Source: Acidimicrobiales bacterium (lineage in GTDB: Bacteria; Actinomycetota; Acidimicrobiia; Acidimicrobiales; Ilumatobacteraceae). Taken from it: a stretch of 52,343 nucleotides of DNA. This document shows, in pieces, positions 8,460 through 17,414 of this stretch (its first letter is position 1; every line of letters begins with the position of its first letter). The notes beneath the pieces were generated by a model. That model did not search any database. It was not told where the DNA came from and was given only the letters and a program-made list of their open reading frames with translations. Made by a program: the position numbers and the translations under genes. Where the stretch lies: assembly GCA_038259945.1 (NCBI GenBank), contig JBBSOH010000001.1, forward strand, positions 1-52,343, read 5' to 3'.

Positions 8460-10952
8460 ATGAAGACGCAGGCACAGGTCGTGGTGATCGGGGGAGGGGT
8501 CGTCGGCGCGTCGGTGCTGTACCACCTCACGCTCGCGGGGTGGACCGACGTGATGATGGTCGAGCGGCGGGAACTGACGCACGGCTCCACGTGGCACTCG
8601 GCGGGCGGCATGCACACGCTCAACGGCGACCCGAACGTGGCTGCGTTGCAGCGCTACACGGTCGAGCTGTACGAGAAGATCCAGGCGGAATCCGGTCGGG
8701 ACTGCGGCATCCACATGACCAGCGGCCTCCAATTGGCTGACACGCCGGACCGGATGGACTACCTCCGGATGGCGCACGCCCGCGGTCGGTACCTGGGGAT
8801 GGAGACGGAGCTGATCTCGGCGAAGGAAGCCCACGAGATGGTGCCGTTCCTCGATCCGGACCACTTCGTCGGCGCGATGTGGGACCGCCACGAGGGCCAC
8901 GTCGACCCGTCGGGCGTCACGCATGCCTACGCCGAGTGCGCGCAGCAGCGCGGTGCCGAGATCAACAAGTACACGTGGGTCCACGACATCACCCGCGCTG
9001 GCGACGGCACGTGGGACCTGCACGTCCACGACACGCGAGGCGGTCGAGACGACGACCTCGGCGTCATCAACTGCGATCACTTCGTCAATGCCGGTGGGTT
9101 GTGGGCCCGCGAGGTCGGACGGATGACGGGCCTGGAGATCCCGGTGCTCGCGATGGAGCACATGTACCTGATCACCGAGGAGGTGCCGCAACTCGCCGAG
9201 TGGAGGGCGCAGTCGTCGATGCCCGGCTTCCACGTGGTGGACCTCGGAGGCGAGATCTACATGCGCGAGGAAGGCAACTCGCTCCTGCTCGGAACGTACG
9301 AGCGAGGCGGCGTGCCGTGGGCGCCGCACACCACCGACTGGAACTTCGGTGCACAGCTGCTCACCCCCGACCTGGAGCGGATCGGCGACAACCTCGAAGT
9401 GGGGTTCCAGCACTTCCCGATCTTCCAGGAGATCGGCATCAAGGACACGATCAACGGCCCGTTCACGTTCGCGCCCGACGGCAATCCGCTGATCGGCCCC
9501 GTGAGGGGTCAGCCCGGGCACTGGCTCGCTTGCGGCGTGATGGCGGGGCTCAGCCAGGGCGGCGGCGTGGGGCTGAGCATGGCCAACTGGATGACCGAGG
9601 GCGATCCCGGCTTCGACGTCTGGGGGATGGACAACGCCCGATTCGGCGACTGGGCCACGCCGAGGTACACCAACGCCAAGGTCCGGGAGAACTACGGCCG
9701 GCGCTTCCGGATCACGTTCCCGAACGAACAACTCCCCGATGCCCGTGACCACATGGTGTCGCCGATCCATGGTCGGTTGAGTGAACTCAATGCGGTGTGG
9801 GGGGCGTCGTATGGTCTCGAAGTCCCACTGTGGTTCCAACGCAAGGGCGAGGCGCCTGTCGAAGACGTGACCTTCCGTCGGTCCAATGCGTTCGAGGTCG
9901 TTGCCGAGGAGGTCGCTGCGGTTCGTGACGGCATCGGGATGTTCGAGACGACGGGCTACGCCAAGTACGAGGTCACCGGCCCCGGCGCCCGTACGTGGCT
10001 GGACCATCTGCTCGCCAACACGATCCCCGATCCGGGCCGACTCGCGCTGTCACCGATGCTCAACCGTCAGGGCAGGATCATCGGCGACTTCACCGTCGGC
10101 GCACTCGTCGACGGAGTCGGTGTCGAGCGGTTCATGATCTTCGGGTCCGGCCCTGCGCAGAAGTATCACGAGCGCTGGTTCCGCCAGGAGTTGCCAGCCG
10201 ATGGTTCGGTCCATCTCCGAGTGTGTGGCAACGAGCTCACGGGGCTGTCGATCGCGGGGCCGAACGCTCGTGCCGTGCTCGACGTGCTCACCGACTTCGA
10301 CGCGTCGAACGAAGCCTTCGGGTTCCTCGACTTCCGTGACACGTACGTCGGCAGCGTGCCGGCCATGGTCGGGCGCGTCACCTTCACCGGTGATCTCGGC
10401 TACGAGATCTGGTGCGCTGCCGGCTACCTGCCGCAGTTGTTCGACTCGTTGATGGACGCGGGGGCCGGCCAGGGCATCCGGGTGTTCGGTGGACGTGCAC
10501 TCGACTCGATGCGCTTCGACAAGGGATGGGGTTCGTGGGCGACCGAGTACCGGCCGATCTACGACCCGTACGAGGCGAACATGGGCTGGATGATCAAGCT
10601 CGACAAGGGCGACTTCATCGGACGCGACGCCGCGGCCGCGGCGAAGGCGGCGGGTCCGGGGCGCAAGCTCGTCCTGTTCTCGATGGACGCCGGAACCGGC
10701 GACGACGCCGCCGACTGCATCGGCAACGAACCGGTGTGGCACGACGGACCGGACGGCAAGCAGGTCGTCGGTTGGATCACGTCGGGCGGGTACGCACATC
10801 ACAGTGGGCTGTCGATGGCGATGGGCTACGTCCCGATCGAACACGCCGCCAGCGACGGTCCATGGGAGATCGAGGTCGTCGGCGTCATGCGTCAAGCGAC
10901 CCGACTCGATGAAGCCCCCTTCGACCCGTCCGGCTCCCGCATGCGCAGCTGA
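8460..10952 (+). CDS. GcvT-family FAD/folate-dependent dehydrogenase (dimethylglycine dehydrogenase-like)
   Basis: GGGVVG FAD motif, ELTHGSTWHSAG, NGPFTFAPDGNPL, C-terminal aminomethyltransferase domain (RVTFTGDLGYEI, ITSGGYAH). AGGAG RBS before ATG 8460. Confidence 0.92.
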   Translation: MKTQAQVVVIGGGVVGASVLYHLTLAGWTDVMMVERRELTHGSTWHSAGGMHTLNGDPNVAALQRYTVELYEKIQAESGRDCGIHMTSGLQLADTPDRMDYLRMAHARGRYLGMETELISAKEAHEMVPFLDPDHFVGAMWDRHEGHVDPSGVTHAYAECAQQRGAEINKYTWVHDITRAGDGTWDLHVHDTRGGRDDDLGVINCDHFVNAGGLWAREVGRMTGLEIPVLAMEHMYLITEEVPQLAEWRAQSSMPGFHVVDLGGEIYMREEGNSLLLGTYERGGVPWAPHTTDWNFGAQLLTPDLERIGDNLEVGFQHFPIFQEIGIKDTINGPFTFAPDGNPLIGPVRGQPGHWLACGVMAGLSQGGGVGLSMANWMTEGDPGFDVWGMDNARFGDWATPRYTNAKVRENYGRRFRITFPNEQLPDARDHMVSPIHGRLSELNAVWGASYGLEVPLWFQRKGEAPVEDVTFRRSNAFEVVAEEVAAVRDGIGMFETTGYAKYEVTGPGARTWLDHLLANTIPDPGRLALSPMLNRQGRIIGDFTVGALVDGVGVERFMIFGSGPAQKYHERWFRQELPADGSVHLRVCGNELTGLSIAGPNARAVLDVLTDFDASNEAFGFLDFRDTYVGSVPAMVGRVTFTGDLGYEIWCAAGYLPQLFDSLMDAGAGQGIRVFGGRALDSMRFDKGWGSWATEYRPIYDPYEANMGWMIKLDKGDFIGRDAAAAAKAAGPGRKLVLFSMDAGTGDDAADCIGNEPVWHDGPDGKQVVGWITSGGYAHHSGLSMAMGYVPIEHAASDGPWEIEVVGVMRQATRLDEAPFDPSGSRMRS

Positions 10953-11021
10953 ACGGGTCGGTCACATGGTGCCCGACACCGTTCACCCCCGTTCACCCCC
11001 GTCCATCTCAGGTCATGTGGT

Positions 11022-12338
11022 TCAGCCGTGGACGGTCATCGAGCTGTCGGCGTTGATCTCGCGGTTGCGGCGGAACGTGCCCATGTCGAGGTTCAGGCCG
11101 GTGTAGCGGGCGGTCACCTGGAGTGGGTCGGCGTCGTGGTCGTGGCCGCCTTCGATCGCCTCGATCAGTTCCGCCATCATGTGGCCCGCCACGCCGGCGT
11201 TCTTGAACTGGTTTCCACTGGTGCCGATCGCGACATAGAACCCGTCGAGGTCGGTGCGGTCGTAGATCGGGATCCAGTCGTCGCTCTTGTCGTAGCGGTC
11301 GACCACACCCTTCTTCTCGTGTGGCAGCGGCACACCGAGGGTCGGCATCCGCTTGTTGATTCGCATCGTGTTGGTCTCCCACCCGTCGCTCGTGATCTCG
11401 CCGAGTTCCTCGTCGGGTCCGATCGGAACCTTCGGGTCGCACGGCGGATCGGTGGTGCCGACCAGGATGTTGTTGCCCGGCTGAGGTCGGAAGTAGATGC
11501 CGCTGTCGTCGTCGGCCACGGCGAAACCGTCCGCCGTGAAGTCCATGTCGGGTGGACCGGGCACGTGGTACGTCTCGTGGCGGATCGACTGGGTCTTGAT
11601 GTTCATCGCGTCGTAGACGCCTGCGAACCGGTTGATGTGGGAGCTGTGCGGACCGCCGACGTTGACCACGACTGGGGCCGCCACCGTCGTGCCGTCGGTC
11701 AACCCAACCCCGGTGACGCGGCTGTCGCTCTGCTCGATGCCGACCACTTCGGTACGGAACCGGAACTCGGCGCCGTGTGCCTCTGCGGCGCGCTGCAGGT
11801 TGTGCGCGGCGAGTTGCGGGTCGTCGACGTAGCCCGCGTCAGGGGAGAACAGCGCGCCGACCATCTCGCCGTGCGCGTCGCTCCAGAACGCGTCGTCGGT
11901 CGAGCGTGCCGGGGGCCCGTAGAGATTCAGATCGAACGTCGGTGCCCTCTCGGCGAGCATCTCGCGATCCCAGTACTCGTAGGGAACTCCGAGTCGGTCC
12001 CAGATCGGCATCACCCGGGTGTGATGCCCTTCGTCGCCCTGGATCAAGAGCGCCATGCCGCACTGCACGAGCTTGGCGTGGCCGTTCTCGTCCTGCACCC
12101 CGAGGTACTCGGGCCAGTTCCGCCAGTAGTGCATCCCGTCCCACGCCGCAGCGACGCCCGTCTCGGTCGAATAGCTGAAGCGGATCACCGCGCTCGATGC
12201 GCTCGTACTGCCGTACCCGGCGCCCGGACCCTTGTCGACGCTCAGCGTCCGATGCCCACGCTGCGCCAGCTCGTACGCGACGGCGCCCCCGATGACCCCG
12301 GCTCCGATGATGATCGCGTCGTACCCGGTGTCGCTCAT
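11022..12338 (-). CDS. FAD-dependent oxidoreductase, DAO/sarcosine oxidase beta-like
   Basis: IIIGAGVIG, GSTSASSAVIR, DAGYVDDP, YDKSDDWIPI, GTSGNQFK. Start set at MSDTGY (12338). Confidence 0.88.
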   Translation of the reverse strand: MSDTGYDAIIIGAGVIGGAVAYELAQRGHRTLSVDKGPGAGYGSTSASSAVIRFSYSTETGVAAAWDGMHYWRNWPEYLGVQDENGHAKLVQCGMALLIQGDEGHHTRVMPIWDRLGVPYEYWDREMLAERAPTFDLNLYGPPARSTDDAFWSDAHGEMVGALFSPDAGYVDDPQLAAHNLQRAAEAHGAEFRFRTEVVGIEQSDSRVTGVGLTDGTTVAAPVVVNVGGPHSSHINRFAGVYDAMNIKTQSIRHETYHVPGPPDMDFTADGFAVADDDSGIYFRPQPGNNILVGTTDPPCDPKVPIGPDEELGEITSDGWETNTMRINKRMPTLGVPLPHEKKGVVDRYDKSDDWIPIYDRTDLDGFYVAIGTSGNQFKNAGVAGHMMAELIEAIEGGHDHDADPLQVTARYTGLNLDMGTFRRNREINADSSMTVHG

Positions 12339-12433
12339 GCGAGGTGATTCTGTCAGAAGTCCGAGACGGCGGATCCATGACGTGCATGCGGAGCGTGCGA
12401 CCGAGTCACAAAGTTCTGTCATGCTGTGCGGCC

Positions 12434-13288
12434 ATGCGGCTCGACGTCGAATCCCTTCGAGCCTTTCGTGCGGTCGTCGACTGCGGCAGCATCACGAAGG
12501 CCGCGTCGCAGTTGAACCTCACACAGTCGGCCGTCAGCTGGAAGATGAAGCGACTCGAGGAACGGCTCGGTTCGCCGTTGTTCCTGCGTGACGGACGCGA
12601 CCTCGCACTCACCGAGTTGGGCGTCGAGTTGCTCGTCCACGCCGAGCAGATCGTGACCGCCCACGACGATGCGGTCGACAGCCTCCAGCGGTCGCAACTC
12701 GAAGGGACCGTGCGACTGGGGATCAACGACGAACTCGAGGTCGATGAGGTGGCGTTGCTCCTGGCGCGGTTCCAACGGCGACACCCGATGGTCCGACTCC
12801 GCGTGCGCATGGGACTGAGTGGCCCAATCGCCCAACTGGTGAGCGGGGGCGACCTCGACCTCGCCCTGATCCAGGTGCTGGAGCCGAAGTCGCGTGACCA
12901 GGTGCTGTGGGTCGAGGAACTCCGCTGGATCGCATCGCCCACCTACGCGCCCGACATGAGCGAGGCGCTCCCGCTCGTGACGTTCGGACCGAACTCGAAC
13001 TACCGCGACCTGATGGTCGACGCACTCCGCGCGAGCGACATCGAGCACTACATCGCGTTCGAGTCGGAGAGTTCGGCAGGCGTACGCAGCGCTGTGGCCG
13101 CCGGCTTCGGTGTGGCGCTCATCAACGAGCGCGGTGTCACCGGCGAATGCCCGTCGTGGGAAGTCCCCGGGTTGAGGGTCGATCTGCCGGCAGCCTCGTT
13201 CGTCGTGCGCGTGAATTCGCGGAGCCGGACCACGGCGGTCCGGACGCTGGTCGACGAGATCCACGCGTCGCTCCACGTGCCGAGCTGA
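12434..13288 (+). CDS. LysR family transcriptional regulator
   Basis: LRAFRAVVDCGSITKAASQLNLTQSAVSWKMKRLEERLG HTH. Divergent from the FAD oxidoreductase. Confidence 0.95.
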   Translation: MRLDVESLRAFRAVVDCGSITKAASQLNLTQSAVSWKMKRLEERLGSPLFLRDGRDLALTELGVELLVHAEQIVTAHDDAVDSLQRSQLEGTVRLGINDELEVDEVALLLARFQRRHPMVRLRVRMGLSGPIAQLVSGGDLDLALIQVLEPKSRDQVLWVEELRWIASPTYAPDMSEALPLVTFGPNSNYRDLMVDALRASDIEHYIAFESESSAGVRSAVAAGFGVALINERGVTGECPSWEVPGLRVDLPAASFVVRVNSRSRTTAVRTLVDEIHASLHVPS

Positions 13289-13297
13289 CTGCGCAAG

Positions 13298-13338
13298 CCG
13301 GCGTCCCTGTGGGTGTCGGACACCAAGGGGGACGCCGG
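13298..13338. repeat. REP-like palindrome, copy 2
   Basis: CCGGCGTCCCTGTGGGTGTCGGACACCAAGGGGGACGCCGG between convergent LysR and GNAT genes. Confidence 0.8.
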
Positions 13339-13364
13339 GAGCCAGTCGCGATCGACGGAGCGAT

Positions 13365-13862
13365 TCAGGTCGGTCGGTGCATTCGGATCTCGTCCCTGCA
13401 GGGATCGTCGGGAAGCGGCTGGTGGTCGGTGATGACCGAGAATCCTGCCGATTCGTACAACCGCTGTGCTGCCACGTTGCCGCGCATCACCCACAACGAC
13501 ACCGATCCCGAACCCGATGCTGCCGCCCATGCGACCAGTTCCTCGACGAGTCGGACGCCGAGACCGGTGCCGCGTTCTTCTGGTGCGACCCACATCGACA
13601 CGAGCTCGGTCTCGTCTGTACCGTCCACGTAGTCCGCAGCGACCACCCCGAGCGCGCGGCCGTGATCGCTCTCCGCCAGCCAGATCGCCGAGCCGTCTCC
13701 TGTCGTGCGGTTCCGGACCATCGACTCCCACTCGACGTCGGTCCGCACCTGCGCCTCGGCCAGTGTGGAACCGAATGCCGACGGCGAGTCGGCGAGGGCG
13801 GCGAGTCGGATGTCGCGGAACGCGGCCCAGTCGTCCGAACCGATCGTGCGGATCCTCCTCAT
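13365..13862 (-). CDS. GNAT family N-acetyltransferase
   Basis: RLAALADSPSAFGST, LVSMWVAPEERGTGLG (motif A), NVAAQRLYESAGF. Start set at MRRIRT. Confidence 0.9.
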   Translation of the reverse strand: MRRIRTIGSDDWAAFRDIRLAALADSPSAFGSTLAEAQVRTDVEWESMVRNRTTGDGSAIWLAESDHGRALGVVAADYVDGTDETELVSMWVAPEERGTGLGVRLVEELVAWAAASGSGSVSLWVMRGNVAAQRLYESAGFSVITDHQPLPDDPCRDEIRMHRPT

Positions 13863-13894
13863 GACCGCATCATCGCGCCCGGCCGTCTCCCGGT

Positions 13895-13929
13895 GCGTCC
13901 CCGTGGGTGTCTGACACCGGGAGGGACGG
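13895..13929. repeat. REP-like palindrome, copy 3
   Basis: GCGTCCCCGTGGGTGTCTGACACCGGGAGGGACGG. Confidence 0.8.
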
Positions 13930-13941
13930 CTGGGATGTGGT

Positions 13942-15554
13942 TCAGGCGCGGCGGATGCGGAGCGGGGTCTCGCTCGGCGACGTGAGGCACGCACCGGTGG
14001 CGCAGTCGAAGCGCCAGCCGTGAAGCGTGCACACGAACTCGTCGGGCCCGTCGCCGTCGGTGCGAATCTCGCCGAAGGCCTCGAGGTCGGCGTCGCGGTG
14101 CGGGCATCGTCGTTGGACGACGTAGTCGCCGACCTGGACGTCGGGTTCCACGGCCATCGTGTCCGGGTCGAAGGGGGCCACCTTGCGAGCGGCCTCGGCC
14201 TCGGCGCGCTTCATGCGCTCTCGCGACAGCGACTTGAAGAAGTTGTAGACGTACTCGTTGAATTCGCCTTGACGCCACGCCACGAACCGGCACGACAGCA
14301 GCAGCGAGTTGGACCAATCCACGGCGCGCCGGGCGGCGACGGTCTCGACGAGTCGCCGGTCGATGTCGAACCGGAATGCGAAGGGCTCACCTGTGTGGCG
14401 GCGTACCTCGCCGGCCGGGAAGTCGATCACGATGTCGAGCTGCTCGGCGCCCGGGCCGGCCATCGCCCGCAGGACGACGTTCGCATCGACTTGCGACCGC
14501 AGCGTGGGTGCCATGTCCAACAGCGGCTGCCACCACTGCTGCAGCGATGCCAGCAGGTCGGTCGACGGCGGAGTCCATCCGGCCTTCATCTCGTCGATCA
14601 CGGCATCCAGTCGGCCTGATACCGCTCCAGATATCCGCGCTTGTCGTGGAAGATCGCCTCGACGTCGGCCTCCGGCATCGGATGAGCGACCGAGATGCGA
14701 TCGGGATGGTCGATGCCCACTGCGTTGTGGATCGAGATCGTGGTGCCCGGGATGTTGGACACGCCGTGGTGCCCAGCCGATTCGAGCATCCCGAGGAACG
14801 TGGTCTGGTCGGGGAAGATCGTGGCCTCGGTGCCGTCGATCATGTTCAGGCCGAACAGGTCGGGGTCGAGGAAGCAGGGTGGGCCGGCGCTCGGTGCGAC
14901 CGCACGAGCGTCGATCTTCTCGACGTAGCGCATCGCTCGGGCGAACTGGGCGTCGACCTTTGCGTCGCATGCCGCCTTCTTTGCGGCGTCGTCCATCTCG
15001 TAGACCATCGGGTACCAGATGGCACCGGAGTACTGCAGCCAGTGCAGATCGACGGGCCCGTGGGACCTGAGTTGGCCGAGGTCGTTGGTGCGGCAGTCGT
15101 TCTGATCGACGACGATCGCGCCGTCGGCCATCACGACCAGTGCTGAGTCACCGCCGGGTCCGTCGGTGATCGACGACTCGATGTGGATGGCGACCGTCAG
15201 GCCCGGAGCGACCTCGGTCTCGACGGTGTCGACGGTGCGGATGAACTCGGTGAAGCCGAGCGCTGCCAGCGTCCGCTGCTGCTCACGCGTGGGGAAGCCG
15301 GGAAGCAGGATCGGGATGTCGCGACGCAGGTGTTGCGACAGCCACGCTTCGTCGTGGTGGTCGCCGTGGAGGTGCGACACGTAGAGGAAGTCGGCGTTCT
15401 CGATGCGTCCGAGGAGATCCTCGGACAACTGGTCGTTGCGGGGGAACGGGAACCACGACCCGAAGAATGCGGGTTCGAACCAGGGGTCGCACAGGATCGA
15501 ACCAGCCGACGTCTCGATGAGCATGCCCGCGTGACCGATCGACGTGACCTGCAT
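13942..15554 (-). pseudogene. MBL-fold/Rieske [2Fe-2S] protein (Rv3818-like) split by a one-base frameshift near 14600 (true pseudogene or assembly error)
   Basis: ORF 14598-15554 has GHAG, CDPWF, SHLHGDH. The overlapping frame continues IDEMKAGW... to a Rieske CPH..CTLHGW domain. One added base joins them into about 537 aa. Confidence 0.85.
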
Positions 15555-15617
15555 GGCGATCAGGCTATGAGCGGAACGCCGTGGGCCGCGTCGGCCAGGC
15601 CGGCTCGGCCGCCCGAC

Positions 15618-16592
15618 TCAGGCGACGGGCGGGTCCGTGTACTGCTGGCCGGCGCGGCTGACGTGCTCGGTCCAGGCGGTGCCATCCCAGTAGCGGAGCT
15701 CGAAGCGGCCCGACGGGTCGGCGTACCAGCCGGCGGGAACGCCCGACGCAGCGCCGGCATCGTCGGTCGTGCCAGTGTCGGCGACGCCCGAGTCGGTGGC
15801 AGAGGTGTCGGTGGCAGAGGTGTCGGTGGAACCCGTGTCGGCTGAGCCAGACGTGGCATCGCCGATCGAGTCGGCGAGACCTGCGCCGGCATCGGCCGCA
15901 CCGCCCATGGTTTCCGTGCCGACGGCACCAGCGTGCTCGGCTGCGCGTTCGACGGCATCGCCGGCGCCACCGAACATTCCGCCGGCGGCGTCGGCTGCTC
16001 CACCTGTTGCGTCGGCTGGGGCGTCGCCGGTCGAGTCGAACGCCGACGTGGCGTCGTCAGCGATGGCCGCTCCGCCGACGGAGGCCGCACTCGCCGTGGC
16101 ACCGATGCCACCGGCGACGGCGCCGAGGCCGGCATCGCTGGAGTCGGGGATCGTCGGAACCGACGGCGTGTCGGGGATGCTCGGCGTGTCGGGGATGCTC
16201 GGTGCCTCAACGCTCGGAGTGTCGGCGACGGCGCCCCACCCGGACGGTTCTCCCGACGCCTCGACCGCAGCCACGGCTTCGGGTGATGACGTGACGGCAG
16301 CCGGGGCGGCCGGTGCATCGTCTCCCGGCAGCGACGGGCTGATGGCGGTGGCCTCGGCTGCGATGGCGGCTTCGGCTTCCTCGTTGACCTCGATCTCGGC
16401 GATGCCTGCGTCGATGGCGGCGCTCGCATCGGTTTCCGGCGCTGCGCCCCCACGCGTGAGGTACGCGATGACGTTCGTGCCCGCCGAGACGATGCTCACG
16501 ACAGACCAGCCTTCGCCGGCCTTCTCCGTGAGCATCGGAGCGAGTGATTCTGCGTCGTACGAGGACGCGGTGACCGATGAAAACTCCTGCAT
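15618..16592 (-). CDS. Acidic low-complexity protein with C-terminal DUF2510 domain
   Basis: C-terminal VPAGWYADPSGRFELRYWDGTAWTEH. N-terminal LTEKAGEGWSVVS resembles DUF4177. Internal DTPSIP and DTSAT repeats. Confidence 0.8.
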   Translation of the reverse strand: MQEFSSVTASSYDAESLAPMLTEKAGEGWSVVSIVSAGTNVIAYLTRGGAAPETDASAAIDAGIAEIEVNEEAEAAIAAEATAISPSLPGDDAPAAPAAVTSSPEAVAAVEASGEPSGWGAVADTPSVEAPSIPDTPSIPDTPSVPTIPDSSDAGLGAVAGGIGATASAASVGGAAIADDATSAFDSTGDAPADATGGAADAAGGMFGGAGDAVERAAEHAGAVGTETMGGAADAGAGLADSIGDATSGSADTGSTDTSATDTSATDSGVADTGTTDDAGAASGVPAGWYADPSGRFELRYWDGTAWTEHVSRAGQQYTDPPVA

Positions 16593-16655
16593 GGCCGTGA
16601 TCGTAGACGACGCGATCGTCTGAGGTGGGGACGACGACGAAGGTCGACGAGAAGT

Positions 16656-17414
16656 TCAGTCGGCGCGGAGATCGAACACGCCGTCGGCGAGCGAATCGGG
16701 GTCGGCGTCGGCGGGGTCGCCGTCGAAGATCACCTCGCCGTCGCGGAGGGCGATGAGACGTTCGCTCGACGCGACGCTCTGCAGTTCGTGGGTGGCGACG
16801 ACGAGAGTCGCCCCGTCACCGTGCGCCCAGGTGAGCAGTTCGAGCAGCGCAGCCCGACCGGCTCGATCGAGCCCCACGAACGGTTCGTCGATCAGCATGA
16901 CGTCGAACGGGCGGACGAATGCGATCGCGATCGCCGCCTTCTGCTTGAGGCCCCGACTGAACGTGGACGGCAGGTCGTCGGCGCGGTCGACGAGCCCGAC
17001 CTTGTCGAGCAGCCAACCTGCATGATCCTCCCAGTCGGTCGTGTCGTGCAGACGTGCGATGTACTCGAGGTGCTGCCAGACGGACAGGTCGTCGTAGAAC
17101 ACCGGCTGGTCGGACAACACCGACAGCGCCGCTCGTGCGGGAATGCTGCCCACCTCGTGGCCACCGATCGTCGCCGATCCGCCGCTCGGCTCGAGAACGC
17201 CGCCGAGCATCCGCTGCAGCGTGGTCTTGCCCGAACCGTTGTGGCCGATCAACGACAACCGCTGGCCGGCGGGAACGACCAGGTCGATGGGCGCGAGCGC
17301 GACGTTGTCGCCGTAACGCTTCGTCAACCCGTCGGTGCTGATGGCCGCCGGCACGCTCGGGCGGGCCGGCTGTGTGCCTGCGCGGCTTGCCGGACGGGTC
17401 GAACTCTTGCTCAT
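16656..17414 (-). CDS. ABC transporter ATP-binding protein (exporter type)
   Basis: Walker A GHNGSGKT, signature FSRGLKQK, Walker B LIDEP, H-loop ATH. ATGA overlap with the upstream membrane gene. Confidence 0.93.
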   Translation of the reverse strand: MSKSSTRPASRAGTQPARPSVPAAISTDGLTKRYGDNVALAPIDLVVPAGQRLSLIGHNGSGKTTLQRMLGGVLEPSGGSATIGGHEVGSIPARAALSVLSDQPVFYDDLSVWQHLEYIARLHDTTDWEDHAGWLLDKVGLVDRADDLPSTFSRGLKQKAAIAIAFVRPFDVMLIDEPFVGLDRAGRAALLELLTWAHGDGATLVVATHELQSVASSERLIALRDGEVIFDGDPADADPDSLADGVFDLRAD

